A DNA stretch of 64,000 nucleotides from positions 1 through 64,000 of the IMG/VR virus record IMGVR_UViG_3300017917_001562; one strand, given 5' to 3'. The stretch's first letter is position 1. Each line of letters opens with the position of its first letter. The translations under genes and the position numbers were made by a program. The notes beneath the pieces are model-generated. The model made no database searches. It worked only from the letters and a program-made list of their open reading frames with translations, and was not told the origin of the DNA. Of the stretch, positions 20,750-31,136 are shown piece by piece. The DNA comes from a virus.

Positions 20750-21688
20750 ATGACTTATACATCCGGTAATCTTGTTCAAGCAACAGATTATAATTCGTTT
20801 GCTGGTGGAAACATTGCGAATGTTTCTGGACAACTAAATTCTATTTTGGGGTCAGGTAAAGGTAATGCCGGGTACGGGCAGAGTGCCGTTTCAAATGTCT
20901 CAGCTCAAAGTGATTTAATTACAGCTGCACAGTGGACAACTTTAGTAAATGGTGTTAACAAAGTAAGAAAACACCAAAGCGGCGCAGGATTTACTAATCT
21001 AAGCACATATACAGCGGCCACAATTGTAAATGCTAACAATGATATTTCTTCTAATTTAACAACAGGTTACACTAATAGATTAATTTTTAGTGCTAACGGA
21101 ACTACAGTTACTGGCAGTACTTTCAGCCCTAACTTTACAGCACCTAACGATAATAATCCAGCTACATTTAATATTTCCAGAACAGCAACATTTGCCAGTG
21201 CTGATCAAGCAAGGTATTTCTTCAACGCTGGCGGCCAAATTAATTTTGTAATTACTGGAGTCACTAACACAGGAGCCACTTTACGAGGCGAAAGTTTAGC
21301 TAATTTAGCAGCTACAAATTTTGCAAGTTTAAATTTTTTAGCTGGAAATAACGGGGGTAGGACTGGTACAGGCGGAACAGTAACAAGCAGCAATACTAGC
21401 ATAGGTTATTATGATGCAACTACATCTAATACTTCTGCAATATTATTGACTAGTACAACCAGTAGCTATACTAGCGATACTTGTAATGTAGTTATTAAAA
21501 CTAACGGAACCCAAGGTTCTAACAATGATAACGGTACAACAATGACTATAAGTATGATTTTGTACAGTGAAGCACAAGTTCCTGCTATTGACGATAGTAT
21601 TGATATTACTGTAAATCATAGAGTCGATGTTACTTATCCTAGTACTACTTTCCTAGCAAACACTTGGGGTAGCGTAACTATCAGTTAA
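20750..21688 (+). CDS. Virion structural protein (paralog A)
   Basis: 312 aa, T/S/N/G-rich, ARYFFNAGGQ motif; full-length paralog of the next gene. Confidence 0.6.
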   Translation: MTYTSGNLVQATDYNSFAGGNIANVSGQLNSILGSGKGNAGYGQSAVSNVSAQSDLITAAQWTTLVNGVNKVRKHQSGAGFTNLSTYTAATIVNANNDISSNLTTGYTNRLIFSANGTTVTGSTFSPNFTAPNDNNPATFNISRTATFASADQARYFFNAGGQINFVITGVTNTGATLRGESLANLAATNFASLNFLAGNNGGRTGTGGTVTSSNTSIGYYDATTSNTSAILLTSTTSSYTSDTCNVVIKTNGTQGSNNDNGTTMTISMILYSEAQVPAIDDSIDITVNHRVDVTYPSTTFLANTWGSVTIS

Positions 21689-21709
21689 CTGTATTAAAGG
21701 TTTCAATTA

Positions 21710-22651
21710 ATGACATATTCAGCAGGTAGTACAATCGTAGCAACAGACTACAACAGTTTTGTAGGTGGAAATTTAGGCGCCAATGTCAGCGGCGAACTTA
21801 ATACTGTTTGGGGCGGCGGCCGCGGAAATGCCGGATATGGTCAAGTTAGGGTTAACAATGTAACCGCAGTTACAGATACCGTCACTGCAACACAATGGAC
21901 AACTTTTGTAAATGCGTTAAACGCTGTAAGAAAACATCAAGATGGTGCTGGTTTTACAAATATCGGTACACTAACAGCAGGTGCAACTATAAACGCAAAT
22001 GTAAGTTTTAGTTCAAATTTAACTTCAGCATATACAAATAGATTGAATTTTGCTGCCACCGGCACTACTACAACCGGTTCAACATTTAGTAATACCTTTA
22101 CTGCCCCCAATGATACTAACGCTCAAACCTTTAATATAACCAGAACAGCAACATTTGCCAGTGCTGACCAAGCAAGATATTTCTTCAACGCCGGTGGGCA
22201 ATTGAGATTTGTTGTGATAAGTGTAACCAATAATGATTCGAGTTTGCGAAGCAACAGTTTAGTTACTTTAGCCAATGTAAATTTTGCTAATTGTACTGTA
22301 AGATCAGCTAACAATAGTGGCCGACAAGGAACTGGTGGAACTCTTAATACAAATAACACTGCTTTAGGATATTGGTCTGCCACAACTTCAAACGCCAATA
22401 TAGTTTCGATTACTAGCACCACTTCATCATATACAACCGATCAACTAGGATTTAGCTATAAAACAAACGGAGTTCAAGGTTCATATGCAGATAACGGTAC
22501 TACAATGAATTTGAATGTATTGCTTTATGCAGGTGCTCAAAGTCCTGCGTTTAATGATACCATTAATGTAACCGTTAATCACAGAGTTGATGTAATTTAT
22601 CCAGTTACTACTTATCTTGCCAATACTTGGGGCGCGGTAACAATAAGTTAA
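21710..22651 (+). CDS. Virion structural protein (paralog B)
   Basis: 313 aa, colinear with 20750..21688. Confidence 0.6.
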   Translation: MTYSAGSTIVATDYNSFVGGNLGANVSGELNTVWGGGRGNAGYGQVRVNNVTAVTDTVTATQWTTFVNALNAVRKHQDGAGFTNIGTLTAGATINANVSFSSNLTSAYTNRLNFAATGTTTTGSTFSNTFTAPNDTNAQTFNITRTATFASADQARYFFNAGGQLRFVVISVTNNDSSLRSNSLVTLANVNFANCTVRSANNSGRQGTGGTLNTNNTALGYWSATTSNANIVSITSTTSSYTTDQLGFSYKTNGVQGSYADNGTTMNLNVLLYAGAQSPAFNDTINVTVNHRVDVIYPVTTYLANTWGAVTIS

Positions 22652-22661
22652 CATGCTGCCA

Positions 22662-22690
22662 TTGACAAATCAATTTGTCTAACATATAAT
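22662..22690 (+). promoter_or_regulatory. Consensus sigma70 promoter with overlapping inverted repeat
   Basis: TTGACA(22662)-17 nt-TATAAT(22685); GACAAAT-ca-ATTTGTC palindrome at 22664-22679. Confidence 0.8.
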
Positions 22691-22709
22691 ATTCTTTAAA
22701 AGGTTATAT

Positions 22710-23027
22710 ATGTCCGAATCTATCAATGATTTGGTAAAGTCTGTGCGTTTGGCAACAGACTACCAAAAGAATAAACGAATACTCAAAGAAAAAATTATCG
22801 CAGATCTACACATGCCTTACAACAATGGCTTGTTTAAGATTACACCAGAACTGCTGGCATTTGTTGCTACTTGGCCTGATGATATTTTATATATTGAAGA
22901 TACTTACGAAAATCCAATCGAAATTAATCGCAATGAATTTTTACCCAAAGCAAGACAGCACTATCAAGCAGCAATGAATGAATGGCATCAACAACATGAA
23001 GAACTTAAACGGATTAGAAGAGTCTAA
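22710..23027 (+). CDS. Hypothetical protein
   Basis: 105-aa ORF, first gene after the promoter, AAGG SD. Confidence 0.75.
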   Translation: MSESINDLVKSVRLATDYQKNKRILKEKIIADLHMPYNNGLFKITPELLAFVATWPDDILYIEDTYENPIEINRNEFLPKARQHYQAAMNEWHQQHEELKRIRRV

Positions 23028-23820
23028 AGGTTGCTTATTATTTGCTTACAACACAAAAGAAGTTGATTATGTTAGTATAGCAGACGCCAACGCAAAACTA
23101 ATTACAAAAAATCTAAACCTGCCAGTTACACTAGTTACAGATTTAGAAACAGTTCCTAAGTTTAATTACGATAAAATAATTAGAGTAGAAAATGCACTGG
23201 ATAATTTCAGAACTTATGGGCAAACAAAACAAACATGGCGTAACGGTGGCAGAAGCCAAGCATATGATCTTAGTCTATATGATTTGACTCTAGTGCTTGA
23301 CAGTGACTATCTCATATTAGATAAATCCTTAACAAAATTATTTGATCAAGATTTTAATTATAGGTTACAGTATAATTCATACAGTGACGCTGGCTTACTT
23401 TATAACACAATGGGCACTGGTTATAGTTTGCCTTTTGTTTGGGCCACTTGTGTGCTATTTAGAAAAACAGCACAAACAAAATTATATTTTGATTTAATTA
23501 AACGAATAGAACGCAACTACGCATACTATAAAACCTTGTTCCATGCCCAGGGAACATTCAGAAATGATTATGTGTTTGCCATGGCTGACATTATCTTAAA
23601 CGGGTACGCAGTTAATCAACAGCAAGGCAATCCTTTACGGATGTTTACCGTTGAGCGAGATATAGAATCAATTGAAATAAAAAACAATTTTATGATTATC
23701 AAACATAGTGATAATGCTGTAGTGTCTCCTATACAAAATATGCATATTATGGACAAAAAATATCTACAAACTGAAAACTTCCAACAGTTAATACAAGGAT
23801 TGTGTGATGGCTTGGTATAA
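22996..23820 (+). CDS. Glycosyltransferase-like protein (GT-A, GT8-like)
   Basis: LLFAYN..DY..TLVLDSDYL (DxD)..WATCVLF..RNDYVF; start uncertain (22978 or 22996). Confidence 0.6.
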   Translation: MKNLNGLEESKGCLLFAYNTKEVDYVSIADANAKLITKNLNLPVTLVTDLETVPKFNYDKIIRVENALDNFRTYGQTKQTWRNGGRSQAYDLSLYDLTLVLDSDYLILDKSLTKLFDQDFNYRLQYNSYSDAGLLYNTMGTGYSLPFVWATCVLFRKTAQTKLYFDLIKRIERNYAYYKTLFHAQGTFRNDYVFAMADIILNGYAVNQQQGNPLRMFTVERDIESIEIKNNFMIIKHSDNAVVSPIQNMHIMDKKYLQTENFQQLIQGLCDGLV

Positions 23821-24649
23821 AGAACCTCAAGGCTTTGTAAGTTTTGCACAAAATACAGATACGGTAGACTATCTTAGATTAGCATACTTACAGGCTTTAA
23901 GCATTAAGGCCACACAAAAAGTTAAAAGCTATGCTGTAATTGTAGATGCAAAAACTTATAAACAGGTCAATGCTAAACACTTGTCTGTGTTTGATTATGT
24001 AATAGAATTACCCCAAGACAATAACACCCAAGAACACAGATTTGCCAACGAAATACAAGTTTTTAGATTATCACCATTCAATGAAACTATAAAAGTAGAA
24101 AGTGATTTGTTGTTTACTAACAGCATAGACCATTGGTGGTCTGCATTTAGAAAAAAAGACATAGTATTGAGTCATGGTTGTTTGAATTGGCAACAACAAC
24201 CATCTGCCAGCCGAGCTTATAGAAAGTTTTTTGATGACAACTATTTGCCTGATGTTTATAATGGATTGATGTATTTTAGACACAGCCAAGCAGCCAATGA
24301 TTTTTTCAGTTTGGCCAAACAAATACAAGATAATTGGGCTGATATTAAGAACACAGCATTAGTTAACTGTCGTGAAGATAATCCCAGTACTGATGTGCTT
24401 TATGCAGTAACAGCAGATTTATTTGGCCGAGAGAACTGTACTATGCCAACTATGGATTTTATAAAATTTGTGCATATGAAACCTGCTATTAATGGTTGGT
24501 TAGACGGCTGGACTGATGCAGTAATTTCTGAAGTAGATGATACAATTCTAAGAATTAACAACTTGAATCAGTATGCACCTGTACACTATCAAACAAAAGA
24601 ATTTGTTACAGATGAATTAATTGAGCACTATGAACGAATCGTTAAATAA
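23804..24649 (+). CDS. Glycosyltransferase-like protein (GT8-like), paralog of upstream gene
   Basis: FAQNT..DYLRLAY..LSPFNETIKVESDLLF..VYNGLMYF..STDVLYA..HMK..HY. Confidence 0.6.
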   Translation: MMAWYKEPQGFVSFAQNTDTVDYLRLAYLQALSIKATQKVKSYAVIVDAKTYKQVNAKHLSVFDYVIELPQDNNTQEHRFANEIQVFRLSPFNETIKVESDLLFTNSIDHWWSAFRKKDIVLSHGCLNWQQQPSASRAYRKFFDDNYLPDVYNGLMYFRHSQAANDFFSLAKQIQDNWADIKNTALVNCREDNPSTDVLYAVTADLFGRENCTMPTMDFIKFVHMKPAINGWLDGWTDAVISEVDDTILRINNLNQYAPVHYQTKEFVTDELIEHYERIVK

Positions 24650-24986
24650 TTTATTAATTGCCTTAAGTCAATTAGAAGTCACCCCAGATCCCATACCAGA
24701 ATATAGATTTTATTATAATGAATTTGGTGTCATTGTTAGTTGTAGCCAATTTGATCATCCTGACGCAGGCGATTATTTGGTAGTAACAAAGCAGCAATAT
24801 GACAATTACACACAGTATGAAGTAAAAAACGGAAAGTTAGTTACCAGGCCTGACACTAATAGAATACTAAGTGGTTTGATAAAAGCAGACTCTGGATATG
24901 CAACTGTAAAAGGTCATTCTGCTTTATTAATAGAAGCTAACGAACAATACGAAACAATAGAATATTATGCACCAAGAAATCGTTGA
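24630..24986 (+). CDS. Hypothetical protein
   Basis: ORF overlapping both neighbours in the operon; ATG at 24630 likely. Confidence 0.65.
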   Translation: MNESLNNLLIALSQLEVTPDPIPEYRFYYNEFGVIVSCSQFDHPDAGDYLVVTKQQYDNYTQYEVKNGKLVTRPDTNRILSGLIKADSGYATVKGHSALLIEANEQYETIEYYAPRNR

Positions 24987-25893
24987 TGTAGCAGATTTAG
25001 ATGTCATATTTTTAACTTATGACGAACCTAAAAAAGAAGAGTTTTGGATCAAAATTCAAAACATGATTCCCTGGGCCAAGCGTGTTGACCGCGTTAAAGG
25101 CAGTGATGCTGCACACAAAGCAGCTGCACAGGCCAGTGATACAGATAGATTTATTCTAATAGACGGGGACAATATCCCCGATCCTGAGTTTTTTAATCTA
25201 CAATTAAAACTTACAGAACAAAATAAAGATTGTGTGTTTCGTTGGAAAGCAAGAAATCATATTAATGGATTAATGTATGGCAATGGTGGTATCAGTTGTT
25301 GGACTAAAGACTTTGTCAACAATATGCGTACACACGAAAACACCGACGGCACCGACGAAACTGCCGTTGAGTTTTGTTTTAACCCCAGATACATAGCAAT
25401 GCATGATTGTTACAGCACAACTTATCCTAACGGTACAGCATTCCAAGCATGGAGAGCAGGATTCCGTGAAGGTGTTAAGATGTGTTTGAATCGCGGTACT
25501 AAACCTAGTTTAACTGATTTTGAAAAACAAGTTCATGCCAGAAACTATGATCATTTGTGTATTTGGCAAAGTGTAGGTATGGATGTTGAAAATGGTTTTT
25601 GGGCTATATATGGCGCAAGACTGGGCACTTACTTTACCATGTTGCGAGAATGGGATTACAAGCAAGTACAGGATTTTGATCATCTTGAATACTTATGGAG
25701 TAGTTTTAGCAGAGACACAGAACAAACTTGCATGGCATTGGGTGAGACACTAAGAACCAGATTATCACTGCCCATAGTTGATATGACCGCTGAACAAAGC
25801 AAGTTTTTTAAACATCATTACAAACACGGATACAAAAACATAGGCACTACTGTAAGTGAAATGGATGTTATTAGAAAAACGGAAGGTTGGTAA
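24967..25893 (+). CDS. Glycosyltransferase-like protein (GT-A fold)
   Basis: DVIFLTYDEP..VKGSDAAHKAAA..FILIDGDN (DxD)..YGNGG..AWRAGFRE. Confidence 0.55.
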   Translation: MHQEIVDVADLDVIFLTYDEPKKEEFWIKIQNMIPWAKRVDRVKGSDAAHKAAAQASDTDRFILIDGDNIPDPEFFNLQLKLTEQNKDCVFRWKARNHINGLMYGNGGISCWTKDFVNNMRTHENTDGTDETAVEFCFNPRYIAMHDCYSTTYPNGTAFQAWRAGFREGVKMCLNRGTKPSLTDFEKQVHARNYDHLCIWQSVGMDVENGFWAIYGARLGTYFTMLREWDYKQVQDFDHLEYLWSSFSRDTEQTCMALGETLRTRLSLPIVDMTAEQSKFFKHHYKHGYKNIGTTVSEMDVIRKTEGW

Positions 25894-27287
25894 TGACTAA
25901 AAGTGTATTTTTAACATCAGCTGAAGACGCCAAAGTTAAACTCGGTTCAGGCCTATGCCTTGCTAAATGGAAACAAGTAAGTCTGCACTTGCCTACTGGA
26001 TTGAATAACAGTTGTTATCATCCGCCATTGCACGAAATTGACGCAGAGTTATTGCAAGGCAATCCTTCTGCATTACATAACACACAGCACAAAAAAGCAC
26101 AGCGTAAAATTATGTTACGCAATGAGCGTCCCGAAGAATGTAGCTATTGCTGGACTCAAGAAAATTTGGGTAATCTAAGTGATAGACATTATCGCAGTGG
26201 CGAACCTTGGGCCGCCAAAGACTTTGATACTATTAGAAATAGTACCGGTGATGAAGATGTAGTGCCTAGTTATGTTGAGGTTAATTTCAATCATGCCTGT
26301 AATCTTAAATGCAGTTATTGCAGTCCGCAGTTTAGTAGTTCGTGGGGAGATGAAGTTGCAAGATTAGGAGCATATCCTACATCGGTACCACATAATGCTC
26401 CTGAGCACTTTACTGGTCGTCGTAGACCTATACCTGCTCGAGAACATAATCCTTATGTAGAAGCATTTTGGTCTTGGTGGCCCAAACTGTATCCTGAACT
26501 AGAACATTTTCGCATGACAGGTGGTGAGCCTTTATTGGACCGAAACACCTACAGAGTGTTTGACTATGTGCTGGCCAATCCTAGTCCTCGATTACATTTA
26601 AATGTTACCAGCAACTTCAGTGTTGAGCCTGAGTTATTTGAACGATATCTAAATTATGTAAAACGACTAACCAGTAATGAACCCAAGTATCTAGAACACT
26701 TCATGCAGTATGTCAGTCTAGACGCTATGTTTTTCAAAGCCGAATATGCAAGATATGGTTTAAACTTTGAACGGCTGTGGGAAAATGTTAACAGATTTTT
26801 AAATGAAGTGCCAAATAGAAGTAGCCTTACATTTATCATTACTATGAACGCATTAAATGTAACAGGTGTACAAGAACTAATCAACGGTATATTGGGTTTG
26901 AGATCGATTTACAGTAAAACTTATCAGCGTGTTTGGTTTGATACTCCTATACTTAGAAAGCCGGAATGGCAAGACATAAGAATACTGCCCGAAAGTTATG
27001 CAGACAAATTAGAAGAAGCGTGGGCATTTATGATGAAACACATTAATACAAATAAAGAAAACGAGCACCATGGTTTCAAAGATTACGAACTGCATAGACT
27101 TCAGCGTGTAATTGATTATATGCAGGAAGGTTGCAAATTAGACAAAGAATATGTTAAAATGCAACAAGCCGATTTTTATCGTTTCTTTAACGAGCACGAT
27201 CAAAGAAGAAACACAGGATTTATAAGAACATTTCCAGAAATGTACGACTTTTGGAAACAGTGCGAATACTATGCCAAAGCAAAATAA
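25893..27287 (+). CDS. Radical SAM protein with N-terminal auxiliary Cys/His motif
   Basis: CNLKCSYC and TGGEP; N-terminal CLAKW..SCYH..CSYCW; start via TAATG overlap at 25893. Confidence 0.85.
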   Translation: MTKSVFLTSAEDAKVKLGSGLCLAKWKQVSLHLPTGLNNSCYHPPLHEIDAELLQGNPSALHNTQHKKAQRKIMLRNERPEECSYCWTQENLGNLSDRHYRSGEPWAAKDFDTIRNSTGDEDVVPSYVEVNFNHACNLKCSYCSPQFSSSWGDEVARLGAYPTSVPHNAPEHFTGRRRPIPAREHNPYVEAFWSWWPKLYPELEHFRMTGGEPLLDRNTYRVFDYVLANPSPRLHLNVTSNFSVEPELFERYLNYVKRLTSNEPKYLEHFMQYVSLDAMFFKAEYARYGLNFERLWENVNRFLNEVPNRSSLTFIITMNALNVTGVQELINGILGLRSIYSKTYQRVWFDTPILRKPEWQDIRILPESYADKLEEAWAFMMKHINTNKENEHHGFKDYELHRLQRVIDYMQEGCKLDKEYVKMQQADFYRFFNEHDQRRNTGFIRTFPEMYDFWKQCEYYAKAK

Positions 27288-28620
27288 CGAAACAGATTTA
27301 GAATATAAACGCCGAGTGATTGATATTAAAAGCGAAAGTTTCTGCGGCGCAAAATGGTATAATGCTACCATATGGTTGGGTTCAGGCATGACTACCAGTT
27401 GCCATCATCCACCTGCACATAAAGTGGATATCAACGAAGTTATACAAAATCCCAAAGCACTGCACAACACCGATAAAAAGAAAATAGACCGTGCCATGAT
27501 GAAGGAAGGCGTGAGACCTCCGGGCTGCGAATACTGTTGGAAAATAGAAGACATGGGTCGAGATGCTGTCAGTGATCGTGTCTACAAAACAGTTATATAT
27601 GATGATAAGGATTTAAATGATGCATTCAATTCAGACACGATTCAAGACTTTGATCTTAGGACTTTGGAAATTGCTTTTGATCGTACTTGCCAGTTTGCTT
27701 GTAGCTACTGTAACCCTGCTTTCAGTAGTACATGGGTCAAAGACATTAGAACTAACGGGCCGTATGACGGGCTTCGAAGTGACGGTCGTGGTCATTTCAC
27801 TCATGACCATGGTGCTAGTCAACTTTTTAAGTATGGTGAAACTAATCCGTATGTGGAAGCATTTCATAAATGGTGGGAATCAGACTTACACAGAACGCTA
27901 ACTGAACTGCGTATCACCGGCGGAGAACCTTTAATGTCTGCAGAGACTTGGAGACTGATTGAATGGTTCAAAACCAACAAAGGCAAAAGTAAAACTAGAC
28001 TAGCAATTAACAGCAACTTAGGCACCCAAGTAGACATTGACAGACTATTGGCTGTTGTAGATGGAGTCAAAGTTGACTTATACACCAGCAACGAGTCAAT
28101 GAGCCTGCAAGCAGAGTATATTAGGGACGGACTCGTATTTGACGATTGGGCTAACAATGTAGAAAGACTGTTGGATAGTGGCAAGTTTCGTGGCCTGCAT
28201 GTCATGTGTACCATTAATGCATTATGCTTGGATAGTTTAGATAGCTTTTTAGAAATGGTCGCTAACTGGAAAATTGAATATGGTCGAGATGCTATAAATT
28301 TTAGCCTTAATATTCTTCGCTTTCCTAGTTTCCAAAGTGCATTAGTACTGCCCGACGATATTAGAACAAAATACAGAGATCAATTGGCTCAATTTATGGT
28401 CAATCATAAAGGCTACAGCTATATACATGAATACGAGTGGAATCAACTGCAACGATTAGTTGATTATTTAGATGTAGTTAAAACTCCACATAGCGAAGCA
28501 TTTGATTTGCCCACACTACGCAGTGATTTTAAAAAGTTTTATCAACAATATGATCTGCGTAGGAATAAAGACTTTATCACTGCATTTCCTGCATTGAAAA
28601 CATGGTATGAAAATCTATGA
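27271..28620 (+). CDS. Radical SAM protein with N-terminal auxiliary Cys/His motif
   Basis: CQFACSYC, TGGEP; N-terminal CGAKW..SCHH..CEYCW. Confidence 0.85.
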   Translation: MPKQNNETDLEYKRRVIDIKSESFCGAKWYNATIWLGSGMTTSCHHPPAHKVDINEVIQNPKALHNTDKKKIDRAMMKEGVRPPGCEYCWKIEDMGRDAVSDRVYKTVIYDDKDLNDAFNSDTIQDFDLRTLEIAFDRTCQFACSYCNPAFSSTWVKDIRTNGPYDGLRSDGRGHFTHDHGASQLFKYGETNPYVEAFHKWWESDLHRTLTELRITGGEPLMSAETWRLIEWFKTNKGKSKTRLAINSNLGTQVDIDRLLAVVDGVKVDLYTSNESMSLQAEYIRDGLVFDDWANNVERLLDSGKFRGLHVMCTINALCLDSLDSFLEMVANWKIEYGRDAINFSLNILRFPSFQSALVLPDDIRTKYRDQLAQFMVNHKGYSYIHEYEWNQLQRLVDYLDVVKTPHSEAFDLPTLRSDFKKFYQQYDLRRNKDFITAFPALKTWYENL

Positions 28621-29930
28621 CAAAAGATTTCTATAAAAATTACAATTATACTGCTCGTGCCCCTTATTTTATTAAGAGAGACGAATTAACAGAGCAACAA
28701 TGGCAAAGACTTACTGAAAGCAAAACTTTCTGTATGTTACCCTGGGTTCATATGCATGCCTTTCCGGACGGCCGTGCATATCCTTGCTGTTTAAGTGAAT
28801 ATTGGCATCCTGTAGGTGATCTTCGTAAGCATACTATGAAAGAAGTATGGAATCAAGACGCATACAAAACAATGCGTAAAAATATGTTGGAAGACAAGCC
28901 CTGCAAAGAATGTACTAAGTGTTACGAACAAGAACAACACGGCGCATTCAGTATGCGTTACGATGCAAATAGAAATTACGGACATCACATAGCAGAAGTA
29001 GATCAAACACTACCAGATGGTACTAACCCTGAATTTAAAATTAGATATTGGGATGTGCGTTTTAGCAACTTATGTAATTTCCGTTGTCGCAGTTGCGGTC
29101 CTATTTTTAGTAGTAATTGGTACAATGATCATGTTAAGTTATATAACCGTGTACCGGATGTTCTTAATCGCCCAATGGAGCGAGTAGAATATACCACCGG
29201 AGACGAAGATGGAATGATTGCTCAAATGGAAGAACATATTCCATATCTCGAGCAAGTATATTTTGCTGGTGGCGAACCCTTAATAATGAAAGAACATTAT
29301 TATTTGTTAGAAAAACTTATTGAGTATGGAAAGACAGATATTCGTATTCAATACAACACAAACTTTAGTGAACTAAAATACAAAGACAAACATGTTTTTG
29401 AATATTGGAAACATTTTAAAAATGTCAGCGTAGGAGCAAGTTTAGATGCCAGTGGAGCCAGAGCAGAATTGATGCGAAAAGGCACAGATTGGAATCAAAC
29501 AGTAAGAAATCGTGAGCTAATGATAGAACAAGTTCCTCATGTAGATTTTTATGTCAGCAGTACAGTCAGTTCAATGAATGTGCTACATGTATTAGACTTC
29601 CATAAAGAATGGACTGAACTAGGATTAATCAAAGCTAAAGATTGGAATGTGAATATTTGTCAAGGCCCAGACTGGTACCGCGCTGACATTTTTCCAGACT
29701 GGTTTAAAGCAGGTTTTATTAAACCTGCTTATGAAAATCATATAGAATGGTTAGAACCACAAGACAATTTAACTAGAGCTACAAATGGATTTAAAAGTAT
29801 GCTTAGTTTTATTATAAACAACAACGGCACACAGCATTGGAATAGATTTGTAGAAGAAACTAACAAATTAGATCGAGTGCGTAATGAAAACTTCTGGGGC
29901 ACCTTTACTGAATTAAAAGGAATGCAATGA
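28617..29930 (+). CDS. Radical SAM protein with N-terminal Twitch/SPASM-like domain
   Basis: CNFRCRSC, AGGEP; N-terminal CMLPW..DG...PCC..GDL..VWN..CTKC. Confidence 0.85.
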   Translation: MTKDFYKNYNYTARAPYFIKRDELTEQQWQRLTESKTFCMLPWVHMHAFPDGRAYPCCLSEYWHPVGDLRKHTMKEVWNQDAYKTMRKNMLEDKPCKECTKCYEQEQHGAFSMRYDANRNYGHHIAEVDQTLPDGTNPEFKIRYWDVRFSNLCNFRCRSCGPIFSSNWYNDHVKLYNRVPDVLNRPMERVEYTTGDEDGMIAQMEEHIPYLEQVYFAGGEPLIMKEHYYLLEKLIEYGKTDIRIQYNTNFSELKYKDKHVFEYWKHFKNVSVGASLDASGARAELMRKGTDWNQTVRNRELMIEQVPHVDFYVSSTVSSMNVLHVLDFHKEWTELGLIKAKDWNVNICQGPDWYRADIFPDWFKAGFIKPAYENHIEWLEPQDNLTRATNGFKSMLSFIINNNGTQHWNRFVEETNKLDRVRNENFWGTFTELKGMQ

Positions 29931-31129
29931 ACTTGCCTAATTCAATTTGTATGTTACCTTGGATCAGTATAGAAACTAGTCCAATGGGTACAGCTAGGCC
30001 TTGCTGTTTAGCCAGGGAAGAAATTATTGGTATTGATCTTAGACAACATACATTGCAAGACGCATATAAAAGTGAATATATGCAAAAGATGCGTCAACAG
30101 ATGCGAGCGGGAGAAAAACCTGCAACTTGTAAACTTTGTTGGGATGAAGAAGCAGCCGGCCGGGATAGTAAGCGCATTCACAGTCGTATAAGACTTAAAC
30201 ATTTATATAATAAAGTTGATTGGACCAATGATACCCCGAATCAACTTTGGTTCTTAGATTTAAAACTGGGTAACATTTGTAATTTGAAATGTAGAATATG
30301 CGGCAGTTGGAGCAGTAGTAAGTGGGCTGCAGAAGAATTAGATTATATGCCTAAAGAGTTTGATAAAAAAACTCATACTGCTTATCAATGGCTCAAGCAG
30401 GGCAAGTGGGTGCAAGAAAGTCCTAACTTCTGGGACAACTTAAAATCTCTGTTGCCTAATATCAAGTACTTTGAGTTCACTGGTGGTGAACCGTGGTTAA
30501 TTGAAGAACATTGGGACTTGCTAAAATATGCAGTAAGCACTGGTGAAAGTAAACATATAGATATTCATTACAATACTAATGCCACTGTAGATGCGTTGGG
30601 ATTTGAAAAGTCTTTTTTGTGGACCCATTTTGGGCGTGTTGACATTGCATTCAGTGTAGACAATGTTGGTAAAAGATTTGAATATGAGCGTTACGGTGCA
30701 GACTGGGACGAAGCAAACAAAATTATTGATGGTATACATTTTGCTAGGGATACTGATACAACAAATATTACTACACAACTTTGTTTTACTATTAATATTC
30801 AAAACGTTTACTACTTAGACGAATTGCTAGAATGGGCAGATACTAAAGGGTTTGGTAGTATATACTTTAATATGTTACACAGTCCTGATCATATTAGCAT
30901 ACAGTATATGACGCCAGAAGCAAAAGATTTGGTACTAAACAAACTAAAGACTACTTTTTGGAAATCAACGAAATATCAACAAGAAATAGATAATGTTATT
31001 GCATTTATCGAAAACGGTCCTGGTAGTGACGGCAAAGAGTTTTTATTTAAAATGCAACGCACTGATGCTTACCGTAAACAAAACTTTATGGACACACATC
31101 CTGAGATAGCAAAGGCCATGGGATATTAA
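29927..31129 (+). CDS. Radical SAM protein with N-terminal Twitch/SPASM-like domain
   Basis: CNLKCRIC, TGGEP; N-terminal CMLPW..PCC..CKLC. Confidence 0.85.
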   Translation: MNLPNSICMLPWISIETSPMGTARPCCLAREEIIGIDLRQHTLQDAYKSEYMQKMRQQMRAGEKPATCKLCWDEEAAGRDSKRIHSRIRLKHLYNKVDWTNDTPNQLWFLDLKLGNICNLKCRICGSWSSSKWAAEELDYMPKEFDKKTHTAYQWLKQGKWVQESPNFWDNLKSLLPNIKYFEFTGGEPWLIEEHWDLLKYAVSTGESKHIDIHYNTNATVDALGFEKSFLWTHFGRVDIAFSVDNVGKRFEYERYGADWDEANKIIDGIHFARDTDTTNITTQLCFTINIQNVYYLDELLEWADTKGFGSIYFNMLHSPDHISIQYMTPEAKDLVLNKLKTTFWKSTKYQQEIDNVIAFIENGPGSDGKEFLFKMQRTDAYRKQNFMDTHPEIAKAMGY

Positions 31130-31136
31130 AAATCTT

